Both the position numbers and the translations under genes were made by a program. Positions 25,301-37,420 of a stretch of DNA of 64,000 bases are shown here, in pieces. The stretch lies in assembly GCA_951406725.2 (NCBI GenBank), contig OX597816.1, forward strand, positions 64,542,001 through 64,606,000. Reading direction: 5' to 3'. Below the pieces are notes generated by a model, which worked only from the letters and a program-made list of their open reading frames with translations, was not told the origin of the DNA and did not search any database. The DNA is from Octopus vulgaris. Taxonomy: Eukaryota. Each line of letters opens with the position of its first letter. Positions within the stretch are counted from its first letter, which is position 1.

Positions 25301-26159
25301 TCTTGGATTTGGTCGATGATTCCTACCTACCGTTTATGAGCAATGGTTGTTAAAGTGCAGAGAGTACAGATGAGACGAAAGGAAAATGCTATCATCAATA
25401 GATAATTGGAAAGCCATGTTGTATTTAAACTGATTTCTAGTTTTATTTATTGCTAGCTGGAATAACTGTGAAACTTATTAAAACCTCCCACCTTTCGAAC
25501 ATGAGTAAGACGTTCCTTTCTCATTTCATGGGAGTTGTGTTGTTTGGTGTTTGAATAAAATTCTCAAACTTATTTCTCGAGATCACTGGAATATTTTATT
25601 AGAAGCGAGTAATAATATAACCGTAAAATCTTGTATGGTTTAAGATCAGACGAAAACCATATATTTGATAAAGCAGTGACTTTATAGAAACGGTACAGTG
25701 CTTTGCTTAAACCATATCAGAACGTTTAGCGCGTCTAACAAAATGACCTGTACTATTTGCTCTGTCACCTGACATTCCGAGCTCAAAATTTACCAAGATG
25801 GATTTTGTATTCCACCCTTCGAGTTGCCATAAAATAAAGTACCAATCAAGTACATGAAAAACTTCATTCAATAGACTACCACTTTCTTGTATTTTGTCAC
25901 CACTTGCCGAAGTCGAAAAGTTTTATTTTGCAAAATATTATTAAGGTGTTATATTGGCGCAATTGTTCGAGCGTCGTTTAAATGCTTTGCTATATATGAT
26001 CAGGCTCTTGACATTTCGAATCCAAATCATATCGAGGTTAAATTAGACATATGTCTTTCAGGGATCGATCAAATAAAATAGTAGCATGAGTGCTGGCATC
26101 AATTTATTCGACTGTGGCCCCCAACCCCATAGAAACTGATGAGCTGTGATATTTATTTA

Positions 26160-26390
26160 CTTCTTTATTGCCCACAGAGGGCTAAACACAGAGGGGACAA
26201 ACAAGGACAGACAAAGGATGAAGTCGATTACAGCGACCCCAGTGCATAACTGGTACTTATTTAACCGACCCCGAAAAGATGAAAGGTAAATTCGACCGCG
26301 GAGGAATTTGAACTCAGAACGTAACGGCAGACGAAATACTGATAAGCATTTCGCCCGGCGTGCTAACGTTTCTGCCAGCTCACCACCCTG
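26160..26390 (-). mobile_element. SINE family B
   Basis: Reverse complement of 9791-10021. Confidence 0.85.
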
Positions 26391-26986
26391 ACCTGTGATA
26401 ATATTAGGAATCGATATCTGGTTTGGTTGTATCTATAAAACGCCCGATTGAATTACCTTTAAAAAGATCAAATTTGCATCGAATTCATTGGAATTGATCC
26501 ACAGCTTATTCTTCCAAAGTATGTGGTCTGTCGTTGATGGTACAATTCAAATATATAACTTAATTCTACAATGATCAGAGTTAAACATTTTGCTTTTATT
26601 GACATGAGAGTATAATCAAAATGTCAGTTATTAAATCAAAAAGTATTACTTTCAGAATATTAAAGTATTTTCATTCCAAAATCTCATATAGATTCTGAAA
26701 ATAGAGTTTCCATTATTATTACTAGCCAATTCACCTCCTAAATCACACTCTACTGATTTGGTATTGGTTTCAAATCTTCAGCACAAGGCCAGCGATTTCG
26801 TGAGAGGGAGCTAATGATGAAAGTGACCTCGGCGTGATTTGAAATCAGAACGTAAAGAAGGACGAAATGCTGCTAAAAGTTTTTCCCGGTTTCATAACGG
26901 CTTGATACCGATTTGATATTAAATGAATATCAAATAGGTATGTACAAAGGAAATAATATTGCGGTCATTATTAATACAAATAAAAA

Positions 26987-27575
26987 GGCGGCGAGCTGGC
27001 GGAAACGTTAGCGCGCCGGGCGAAATTATTAGTGGTATTTCGTCTGCCGTTACGTTCTGAGTTTAAATTCCGCCGAGGTCGACTTTGCCTTTCATCCTTT
27101 CGGGGTCGATAAATTAAGTACCAGTTACGCTCTGGGGTCGATCTAATCGACCTAATCCGTGTGTCTGTCCTTGTTTATCCTCTCTATGTTTTGCCCCTTG
27201 TGGGTAGTAAAGAAATAGGTATTTCGTCTGCTGCTACGTTCTGAGTTCAAATTCCGCCGAGGTCGACTTTGCCTTTCGTCCTTTCGGAGTCGATTAAATA
27301 AGTACCAGTTACGCACTGGGGGTCGATATAATTGTCTTAATCCCTTTGTCTCCTCTGTGTTTAGCCCCTTGTGGGTAGTAAAGAAATAGGTATTTCCTCT
27401 GCCGTTGCGTTCTGAGTTCAAATTCCGCCGAGGTCGTCTTTGCCTTTCATCATTTCGGGGTCGATAAATTAAGTACCAGTTACGCACTGGGGTCGATATA
27501 ATCGACTTAATATTTTTGTCTGTCCTTGATTGTCTCTTCTATGTTTAGCCCCTTGTGGGCAATAAAGAAATAAGA
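26987..27575 (+). mobile_element. SINE family B: one full copy plus two headless tandem copies
   Basis: Body repeats rejoin at AAAGAAATA|GGTATTTC at ~27218 and ~27389. Confidence 0.9.
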
Positions 27576-27878
27576 ATCGTTAGCACGCGGTACAAAATGC
27601 TTTGCGAAATTTCGTCTTAGTCCTAAACCTTCCGAGTTTGACTTTGCCCTTCATCATTTCGGTGTCGATAAAATAATTACGAATTAGCCTTGAGATTAAT
27701 GTAATCGTATTTCTACCTGTAGCGTAAAGAATCATTACAACATAAATATGAATGCATAAAATACTCAATTGGAACAGGAATATTTACAATGTTATTATGT
27801 AGTAGGTAATGAAGTTAATGAATCAAAAGGTAGTAGATTGACAGAATCTTTACAGCATAGAACCAAATAATACAGTTG

Positions 27879-28185
27879 TATATTTAAGTAATGAGGAATT
27901 ATGTACATTATTTACACGGGCATATAGCGTAGTGGCGAAGAGCGCGGGCTACTAACCCCAAGATTCCGATTTCGATTCTAGGCAGTGACCTGAATATTAA
28001 TAATAATATAAATAATAATAATAATAATAATAACATAGAAAAATACCTTAGGAATGAGAATCCAAGTTCGAAATTTCCCCAAGACACCTGATGAAGGCTG
28101 GAGCGTATATCAGCCGAAACGTTGTATTAAGAATTAACTAGATTAGGACAAATATCCCTTCAAATGTAAATAATGTAAATAATGC
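27879..28185 (+). mobile_element. tRNA-headed element with a hammerhead-bearing tail (family E)
   Basis: tRNA-like head 27918-27990 (TAGCGTAGTGG; loop CTACTAA; TTCGATTC), (TAA)n spacer, HHR at 28083-28128; tail homologue at 59970-60160, head homologue on the minus strand at ~58030-58120. Confidence 0.75.
28083..28128 (+). ncRNA. Minimal hammerhead ribozyme motif (one stem I mismatch)
   Basis: GACAC-CTGATGA-A-GGCTG-gagcgtatat-CAGCC-GAAAC-GTT-GTATT; loopless palindromic stem III AACGTT. Confidence 0.7.
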
Positions 28186-28679
28186 GAACAAAATAAATTG
28201 CGAAATTTATTCTGTCCCTCAGCGCCGTGAATTCAGATCCCAGTGAGGCCAACTTTGCATTTGTTCCTCCCTAGGTTGATAAATTAGAGGTGTAGTCATG
28301 TCTTGGCGAGGATTTAATGGACTAATATCTTCCACTAAAACTCCAGACTTTGTACCTTTGGTAGAAATAATTAATACAGAGGACTAAGGAAATGTCATCG
28401 ATTCTGTCCGTTTATACAAATGTTATAACTACTGAGGTATTTGTAACGAGTACCTAGCCATCATTCCATACGAAACGTTTTTTAAAATGTGTGATGCTGG
28501 CCGTAACAGAATCAAACCTAACGAACGGAAAGAATTGAATGAATAACTTATTCACGTAATAGAACCTATACACATAACATATACATAACATATGACTTAC
28601 CAAAACAAAGAACTTAAGACTTGAGAAACAGAAATTACCCTGAATATATGGTTTTAAAAGATGATAATGTTAAGTTTTG

Positions 28680-28885
28680 GCAGAAACGTTAGCACGTCGA
28701 GCGAAATGCTTAACTGTAATTCGTCTGTCTTTACGTTCTTAGTTCAAATTCCGCCGAAGTCGACTTTGCCTTTCATCCTTTCGGGGTCGATAAATTAGGT
28801 ACTTGTTGCGTACTGACTTCGATCTAATCGACTGGCCTCTTCCCCAAAATATTTCGGGCCTCGCGCCTAGAGTAGAAAAGAATGT
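28680..28885 (+). mobile_element. SINE family B variant with an alternative tail
   Basis: GCAGAAACGTTAGCACG...GTTCAAATTCCGCCG...; tail GCCTAGAGTAGAAAAGAAT. Confidence 0.8.
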
Positions 28886-29338
28886 TAAGTTTAAATTATG
28901 ACGTTTAAATTCTAACGGCGCCTCATCAGTTCACTGCCGCTATACAAAATGGAAAACAGCCTATTTAATTTTTTTTTTTACCTCGTTAACGTAACGGATA
29001 CACAAACATATTTATTCTTCATACACGTTCCTGGTTTCGTTATCACGAGAGATATTAAACTAACTTAGACACTTAGTCAATAAGCAGTCTTAAATAGTCT
29101 TTCTCTTTGCAACTAACATTTTCAATGTTGATTTGATAAAAAATCTAAAACAAACAAAAATGGAGAAAAATATTAAGCCACCAAATTCTGTATTAAAATT
29201 CAATCGTAGGTGTTGATGCTAAAAGGAAAAATTGCCAGTGATCTTTTATCCACTGATTAATCTATGATACAAATTTAGTACACAGGAATTCCTCGTGTGC
29301 TATTGTCATTATCGATGATGCTTCTGCTACTGCTTTTG

Positions 29339-29847
29339 TCTTCTTCTTCTTCTTCTTCTTCTTCTTCTTCTTCCAGACTCACGCCATCAGCCACAAAGTA
29401 TAATCTCTAATTCGAGCTTATTCTAAGCTACTAAGAATGCGTGTGGCAACTTTAAGATCCAACCACCACACGCAATAGACTGGCGGTTGCAAGGGAGCGA
29501 AAGCTATGTTGTTATCCTCATTCCGTAAACGGTGGCTTTTTAACGGGTGGAGAGCTAAACCATCTTTGAGTACAGAGGATTCGCAATCTAAACTAGGTTC
29601 TGAAAGTTTACCACACCATAGTGAATTACACCATGGTTCCTTTGCGTTGTGGCAGAAGTAGGAAGAAAGGGTGAGAGAAAGTTGTGGTGAAAGAGTACAG
29701 CGGCGTTCACCCACCCCCACCCGCCGGAGTCTCGTGGAGCTTAGGTGTTTTTGCTCAATAAACACTCACAATGCCCGGTCTGGGAATCGAAACCGCGTTC
29801 TTACGACCGCGAGTCCGCTGCCTCAACCACTGGGCCATTGCGCCTCT
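29339..29847 (-). mobile_element. SINE family C head with tail type 3 and (GAA)n terminus
   Basis: Collinear with 22663-23160. Confidence 0.85.
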
Positions 29848-31161
29848 TCACTGCTGTTGTTGCGGTTGTCGTTACTGTTGCTGATATTGTTGTTCTCTTT
29901 CTTCCTGTTCTTGCTCACCCACGTCAATCCTAACCAAATAGATCTATGATTTTAAAAAATGTCCTTCGTCATATCATTGCAGGTAAAATTATTCTTTATA
30001 TGAATATCCAGTCTTTATATGAGGTAGTAACATGTGATTTGAGATATGCTTGCCCGCTTTATCAAGAAGCTTTAAAGAATCGCATATCTACAAGCTCATT
30101 AGCTCGTCTAATACTGTTGATCTTGTTAGTGTTTGGGTTTTGCCCTATATTGACCAAGAATAAGTCGATCTAGTATCAAAGACATTCCAACCGTAATTAT
30201 ACTATCATCTTACCATACACATGGAATCCAGGCCACATTACCCACTAATTTCGGACAATAGATGTGATTTCAAGGAGATCGACGTTATACTTAGCAGGTT
30301 TGCCTACCACTTGCTGACTCTCTTATCAGTTTAGATGCTCACCATCTCGTGTTACGATAAACTGTAAATTATTTACTGATGATCAATAAAATAAACTTAA
30401 TATATACAGAAAACCCAGGGTCAATTTATGTAAAATATTAAGATAATAGATATAACTTGAGGGAGATTTGACAGCTATTGCTGGCGGGTAGAATTAATAA
30501 TTGGAAGCTCAGAAGTTCATGAAGAGGATCTTCACCTTCTGTCTTATGATATTCTGTAAATCATTTACAAATGACAATGACAGACAAACTCAAAAAGCAT
30601 TCGTTGAATCTAGAAATATATAATAATTTTTTTAAAAAATCTATTTGATACAAAATATGGAGACGCGTTTCAAAATCTGTGTTTATGGTCGACTATAAAC
30701 AGGTGTGGAGGGTTGCGATGGCGTTAATAAATCTCAAGCATATTCATATAAAATTCATACACATCATCAAATCAAATAAAGACAGTTGTCTATACCAGAT
30801 ACGACTTTGGAAATGATTCAGCCACTACTTAAGTTTGGTAAATATTAGATTTAGTATTTTAATAAAGAGTAGCTTTAATATCCGGAAAACAGAAGTAGAA
30901 ATGTATACAAGCTAAGTTTTATGATTACTGAATCATTCAATCAGCTCACGATTTAACTCTTCCAACAAAATGAATATCGTATATGTGCGTCTTATTCGTT
31001 TAAGTGTGTGAAAGGCGCGTGCATGTTTATATACATATGCATAAACATACACACACTCACGCATACACAAACACACATATACAAAATTTTAGCCATTCTA
31101 TAAGATTAAAATGCATATATACATATGCACGCACATACATGCATGTATACTTGTATTTCAT

Positions 31162-31193
<32 letters not shown>

Positions 31194-31216
31194 CATACGT
31201 ACATATATATATGTAA

Positions 31217-31247
<31 letters not shown>

Positions 31248-31261
31248 TATACAAACACACA

Positions 31262-31297
<36 letters not shown>

Positions 31298-31349
31298 GAC
31301 AAGTAGACACGCATGTATATATATATATATGCATACGTACATATATATG

Positions 31350-31387
<38 letters not shown>

Positions 31388-32009
31388 TATACAAACACAC
31401 ATACATATATAATATATATACATATATGGCAAGTAGGCACGCATGTATATATTATAATATATACGCACATAAAATGTACTTGTGTATGTTTACATACATG
31501 TATGTTTGTAAATATATGTATGTATGTATATGTTTATATACATACATATATATGTATATATACATGTGTTTATGTATCCTTACACACCCATGCATACGCA
31601 CATATGCGCACACACACACATACACACGCACGCACACATCTAAAATATGACGTTTTAATACTGATGGTTGATTGAACAGAAGACAATAAAATTAGACTTC
31701 GCTTCAATGCATCGAGGAGAGGTTGGTAGAATGGCAATCAGTTTCTGATGAAAGGCCAATTGTGTTGGTGATGAGCCATTAGAATATTAATGTTCGGTAT
31801 TTTTCATTATGTCGCAAAAGCCATATTGTATTTACAGCATCTTCCATTTCGATAATTATGCTTGTGGGTTTTTCCTTGATAATACTGACATACAAGCACA
31901 TATACACACGCACAACTCACGTACGTACGCACGCACGCCCAACACACACACATATGCACACATGTGTGTGTATATATATATATATATGTGTATGTATGTA
32001 TATGTATAT

Positions 32010-32063
<54 letters not shown>

Positions 32064-32773
32064 GTATGTATATGTATACGTGCATACATATATTTATACA
32101 TGCATGTATATATTGTTGAAAACTTGAAGAAAACGAATTATTGTATGGGATACTGAACTGAAATCTAATATTCTCTTATGACTTTTATATAAACACACAA
32201 TGCCTTATATTCTGTTCAGAATATCTGATATGAGGGCGTTGTATCGATGTATAGAAAACTCTTTCAAAATACTATTATGAGGCAACACGAAACATATTTC
32301 TATTAAATGCAAAGAATTAATTACAAAACCGATGTTCAGAAAAAAAGGAAAGGAAAATTACTTTGGATACTTTTACAAAACTTTAATGGCAAAACGGAAA
32401 AACGGAATAAGATTTTAGATTTTAAGTGAATGAACTGCGAGCCAAAATTATAATTAAGGAATATTTCCCAATTCAGTTAACTCTATTCTCTGTGAATGTA
32501 AAATTATCAGTAGTCCAGTGGAAATATTTATTGGAAAATGATGTTATATAGCTCTTATACACGAACGGCTGACAAACAAGACGTACACACATTATTAAAA
32601 TGAAACATACAATATAAACATGCATTCAAGTACGTGTGCTTGTCTATTTTCCATGTACTCATATGTGTATACATACATATATATATACTAATTCAATGAG
32701 TGCGTTTATAATAATTCAATGAGTGCGTAAAACAACAACGCGGTAACGTGGTACATGAAGGAAAGAAAAGGTA

Positions 32774-32808
32774 GTTTTACGTTTCGAGCAAAGCTCTTCT
32801 TCAGAAAC
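32774..32808 (-). ncRNA. Minimal hammerhead ribozyme, intact core
   Basis: Minus strand GTTT-CTGAAGA-A-GAGC-ttt-GCTC-GAAAC-GTA-AAAC; stem I GTTT/AAAC, stem II GAGC/GCTC, loopless stem III ACGT, GUA triplet. Confidence 0.8.
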
Positions 32809-32949
32809 AGGAGACAGAGGAAAGTCCAAGAGGGACGAAAAATTCGCCAAAAATGTAGTTACATTGTGAATATATGTGTGTGTGTGTGTGTGTGAGTGTG
32901 TGTGCGCGTGTGTGTGTGCATGTGTGTGTGTATGTGTGTGTTTCAAACC

Positions 32950-33238
32950 GACTCATTAGCCACAAAGGCACTATCTTAATGAGGTGACAAGGGAGACAAT
33001 GCTCCCTACGGTCGCAAACATAGCCATATCACCGGTGATTTCAACGATTATTCTTATAAGCTGAGGAAGTGAGCTGAAGAAGTGAGCTTAACCCTAGGCG
33101 CGGTAAAAGCCACTGATAAGAATGAAGATGCTCTACATCAAAATTCGAAATCACGGTGATATGGCTATGTCTATGACCGTAGGGAACTTTTTCTGCCTTA
33201 CCAGCTTATTAAGATAGTGCTCTTGTGGCTATTGAGTC
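32950..33238. mobile_element. Foldback/MITE-like element with ~90-bp inverted arms
   Basis: GACTCATTAGCCACAAAGGCACTATCTTAAT / ATTAAGATAGTGCTCTTGTGGCTATTGAGTC and CATAGCCATATCACCG / CGGTGATATGGCTATG. Confidence 0.8.
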
Positions 33239-33280
33239 TACAAAGTTGCCTTTAGGCTGTTAAATTACTAATAACCCACC

Positions 33281-33348
<68 letters not shown>

Positions 33349-33599
33349 TACGACGGGCTTCTTTCAGTTTTCGTCCTTCCACCAAATCCACTGACAGGAC
33401 TTTGGTCAACCCCGAAGGTTCTAACAGAAAACAGACACTTGAACAAAATGCCATGCTATGAGACTGTACTCCTTCAACAAATGAAGCAGAATGTTTCAGG
33501 AAAATTCCTGATATCCAATAAACGTTACAAATAGCAAACGAAGAAACAAGGATTTATGCCAAACTTGTTCATTAGAATACAAAACACTATGAACAGCTT

Positions 33600-34590
33600 C
33601 ATTTGCAACAAGAGATATGACCGGAGAGAAGATTGTGCACAAGAAGTACCTAAAACGGGCATAGAATACAGATGCCGATGACGTGAAGATAGTGCAGTTG
33701 TACAAAAGTATTGGGCTGAAAGCTAAGACTAAAGGCTTGAAACTTGCTACATAAAGTCAGAGTATTGCATTGAGGTTACATTCGCTTTATCAATGATCTA
33801 TAATGCAGGATCTATGAAAATCATAAAGAAGCCATCGACGACATTGTCTCTGGATACTTGTAAGTAGCGATTACCGAATATATCCGCAGGTGTAATACAG
33901 CAGAGGCATCACTGCATTGAAAGATATACAGTTGCAAAATTAAGACTACTGAATAGTGGTCTGAACAAATACCAAACTCGGCCACTGGCATCAATGATGT
34001 CTTCATATTCTGAAATATTCGCCATTATATTGGCATAGAGATAAACACCAGCCGACCTGGAATCGGTATCATGGAGTTAGAGGCTAGGACATGCACATTT
34101 ATTAATAATACAGTTACAAAATTATGACTCCTGAGTAGATAGGTCTGAATAAATACCAAACTCGGTCACTGGTAACAATGATGTCTTCATATTCTGAAAT
34201 ATTCCCCTCTACTCTGACATAGAAATGAACACCAGCCCACCTGGCATCGGTATCATGGAGTAAGAGACTAGGACATACATATTTATTGATAATACATTAC
34301 TTTCTGAATGAAATACTTCTTCAAGGTCTTAGTGAATGTTTACGTGTACAAAGATTTGAAGATCGAAATCAACTAGATGTGGATTGCGGATCCTGAAATA
34401 ACATCGGTAGTAGTTAGAGAATTAGGGTTCATAAACGAGGAAAAGAACAGTTCACTACGTTTATTATGGGTAACGTGAAAATTTATGTTGTCCAGAATAT
34501 CGCACTGTTTGGTACAACACAGATACTACGGAAATTCCAGTCACTGAAGTGAGACTTTCACTAGACTACCTCAAGCACCTAATTTTGACC
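33600..34590 (+). mobile_element. Decayed R4/Dong-type LINE 3' region with an internal ~184-bp duplication
   Basis: CRIYENHKEAIDDIVSG..ITEYIRRCN (CCHC/RHN region) and EINTSRP (cf. RPD, RLE domain); GGTCTGAA..AAATACCAAACTCGG repeated at 33958 and 34142. Confidence 0.6.
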
Positions 34591-34631
34591 TGGCTCTATA
34601 GAATATAAAGTGGGAAGTATAAAATGTCAAC

Positions 34632-34841
<210 letters not shown>

Positions 34842-34879
34842 TACGACGATGGTAATAATGATTTCCAACGTATTAACTA

Positions 34880-35075
34880 TTTTACCTGTTTCAGTCATTT
34901 GACTGCGGGCATGCTGGAGCACCGCCTTTAGTCGAACAAATCGACCCCAGGACGTATTCTTTGTAAGCCTAGTACTTATTCTATCGATACGTTATGTGGA
35001 CGTAAACACACCAGCATCTGTTGTCAAGCGATGTTGTGGGGACAAATACAGACACACAAACACATACAAACACAT

Positions 35076-35125
<50 letters not shown>

Positions 35126-35288
35126 GGCGGGCTTCTTTCAGTTTCCGTCAACCAAATCCACTCACAAGGCTTTGGTCGGCCCGAGGCTATAGCAGAAGAC
35201 ACTTGCCCAAGGTGCCATGCAGTGGGACTGGACCGTGAACCATGTGGTTGGGAGGCAAGCTTCTTACCACAGTACCACTCCTGCGCCT
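34880..35288 (-). mobile_element. SINE family A
   Basis: Reverse complement of 60959-61415. Confidence 0.9.
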
Positions 35289-36071
35289 AACAAGAACTAT
35301 ATAAAATTTTATTAGTATTAGTATTAATAGTGCTAAATATAATGATGGTGGAAATGTTAAATTTTTTTGTGCATGCGATATAACCACATCTAACGACCAC
35401 ATTGCAATGCAACAATACTTTGCAATAAATTATTATTTCAAATACTTAGAAGTAACTAAAACTAACTCAGCAGTTTTGAAAATATAATTATAGAGAAGAG
35501 TGTCTTTGCAAGAAAGACACTGTAATTTAATAGACGCTTTCTCCGATCTTCAATTAGAAAGCAACAAAATGAAATATATTGAAATATGCACCTGTGTCTT
35601 GTGACTGAAAACCATCTTGCATCGGCAAAAATAATTAAACATAAAAATGAAGAAAACGCACGTATGTATGTAGTGATAATAATTTCTAACATAGCCATTG
35701 CGTACACACAGTGTAGAGAGTGTAGGAAAAAATAAAACTTTTCAAAAGTGGCTTATTATCTTTTACGTGTTTCAGTCATTGGACTGCGGTCATACTGGAG
35801 AACTGCACTAATGTGTTTAGTTGATCAAATCCACTCCAGTACTTATATTTAACTCTCTTACTTATACTATCGGTTTCTGTTCTCGAGCTGCTAAGTTACG
35901 GAAATGCTACCAAACCAACTCCGGTTATCAGTTAGTGTGTGCGGAGTAACAATCACTCAGACACAATCACGTGTATATATATATATATATATACCGGAGT
36001 AAACACATAAATGTGAAACAAGGGGTAACAAAGAGTACTCAAATACCAGAGGTAGGGTAACATGCTTTATG

Positions 36072-36142
36072 TAAAAGCAGCAGAAATTTAATAAAATCTG
36101 TTACTCCGAGTAACAGCTTTTGTTACATTTCTGCTGCTTTTA
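36072..36142. repeat. Near-palindrome within a (TA)n-embedded element
   Basis: TAAAAGCAGCAGAAAT / ATTTCTGCTGCTTTTA with centre TGTTACTC-c-GAGTAACA. Confidence 0.85.
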
Positions 36143-36200
36143 AATACAGTACATATATATATACTTGCAAATGAATGGGTGGCGTTCGATTATATAATAG

Positions 36201-36248
<48 letters not shown>

Positions 36249-36288
36249 CACCTACCTGTCTTCGTCTTTTGTTTTTTTTGTGAATTCT

Positions 36289-36349
<61 letters not shown>

Positions 36350-36966
36350 CATATATATGTACATACCTACATATATATGTATATACACATGTATATCTGG
36401 TACAGGACGTCACGTAAACGTGAACAACAAGAAAAACGAGAACATGAAAAACAAAGACATGGCAAACCAACTTTTTTCGAACAACGAAATAAACAACTAG
36501 AAAAACAAGCAATATAAAGAACAATCCCTTCATCAGTTGTCCACTGTTTTATCTACTCCGCATTTTGAGGTTAGGACAAGATGCGTCTTCGTCAAAACTG
36601 TCGTTCCCGCAAAGCAAAATAAATTAGAATTTGGTATTTGCAGAGGGTTAAATTTGGTAACAAAAACAGGACAGTTAAAACAAACGGTAAGGGCTGGTAA
36701 ACCATATCGAGGTGAAGTGGTGAAAGCTGGAGAATCAAGATTTGACAGGCGACAGATAAAAATGTGTGCTGTCCATTGTAGTGTAAGGAGAAGAAAGAAA
36801 GATAGCCGGTGGTCATGTGAGAGCAACGAGAAGGTCAAGGCGGAAGAGAGAGACAGGTACAGAACGGTGAAGGGGAGTAGATGAATTAGAGGAAGGGTGG
36901 GAGAGAAAACAGAATGAAAGAAGCAGAGAGGGAGAATATAGATAGTGATAAAATAATGATAGAAAT

Positions 36967-37026
36967 CAATTGCAGCGTGGAAGGTGTTTATAAGCCATTT
37001 AAGAGACACCTTCCACGCTGCAATTG
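36967..37026. repeat. Perfect 21-bp inverted repeat with an 18-nt spacer
   Basis: CAATTGCAGCGTGGAAGGTGT (36967-36987) / ACACCTTCCACGCTGCAATTG (37006-37026). Confidence 0.95.
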
Positions 37027-37194
37027 TTTTCGTTCCAGCACACGATTTCAGATCAAGTCACTCGCTATGCAAGTACATCGCCGTAATGAGAGAAATGTTG
37101 CATCGGAATTATTAAGTTAACCTTACTGGGAAATGGATGTGTGACGTTCGATCATATAATAACGTACATAACATATATATATATATATAGTAGG

Positions 37195-37420
37195 ACAATA
37201 AGGTGCCAATGTTTTCTGGAAAGAGCAGTCGATAACCGTACGATTTTATGTAAAGCTTCACTGAATGTGTAGAAGCAAGGATGTGTGCGAGTGGCGGTCG
37301 AAAATTTTTTGGGATATTCGACACTCGCACACATCTTTGCCTCCGTAATTCAGTGAAGCCTTACATAGCGTTACGGTTATCGCCTGCTATTTCCAACAAA
37401 TATTTGTGCCTTGTTGTGCC
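37195..37420. repeat. Long imperfect foldback (~100-bp arms)
   Basis: CGATAACCGTA/TACGGTTATCG, GCTTCACTGAAT/ATTCAGTGAAGC, GATGTGTGCGAGTG/CACTCGCACACATC. Confidence 0.85.

Noticed and set aside
36400-36545. Minus-strand GACAA-CTGATGA-AGGG, resembling a hammerhead 5' half
   Set aside because: No closing CCC-GAAAC-NUH or stem I partner found downstream; at best a broken remnant
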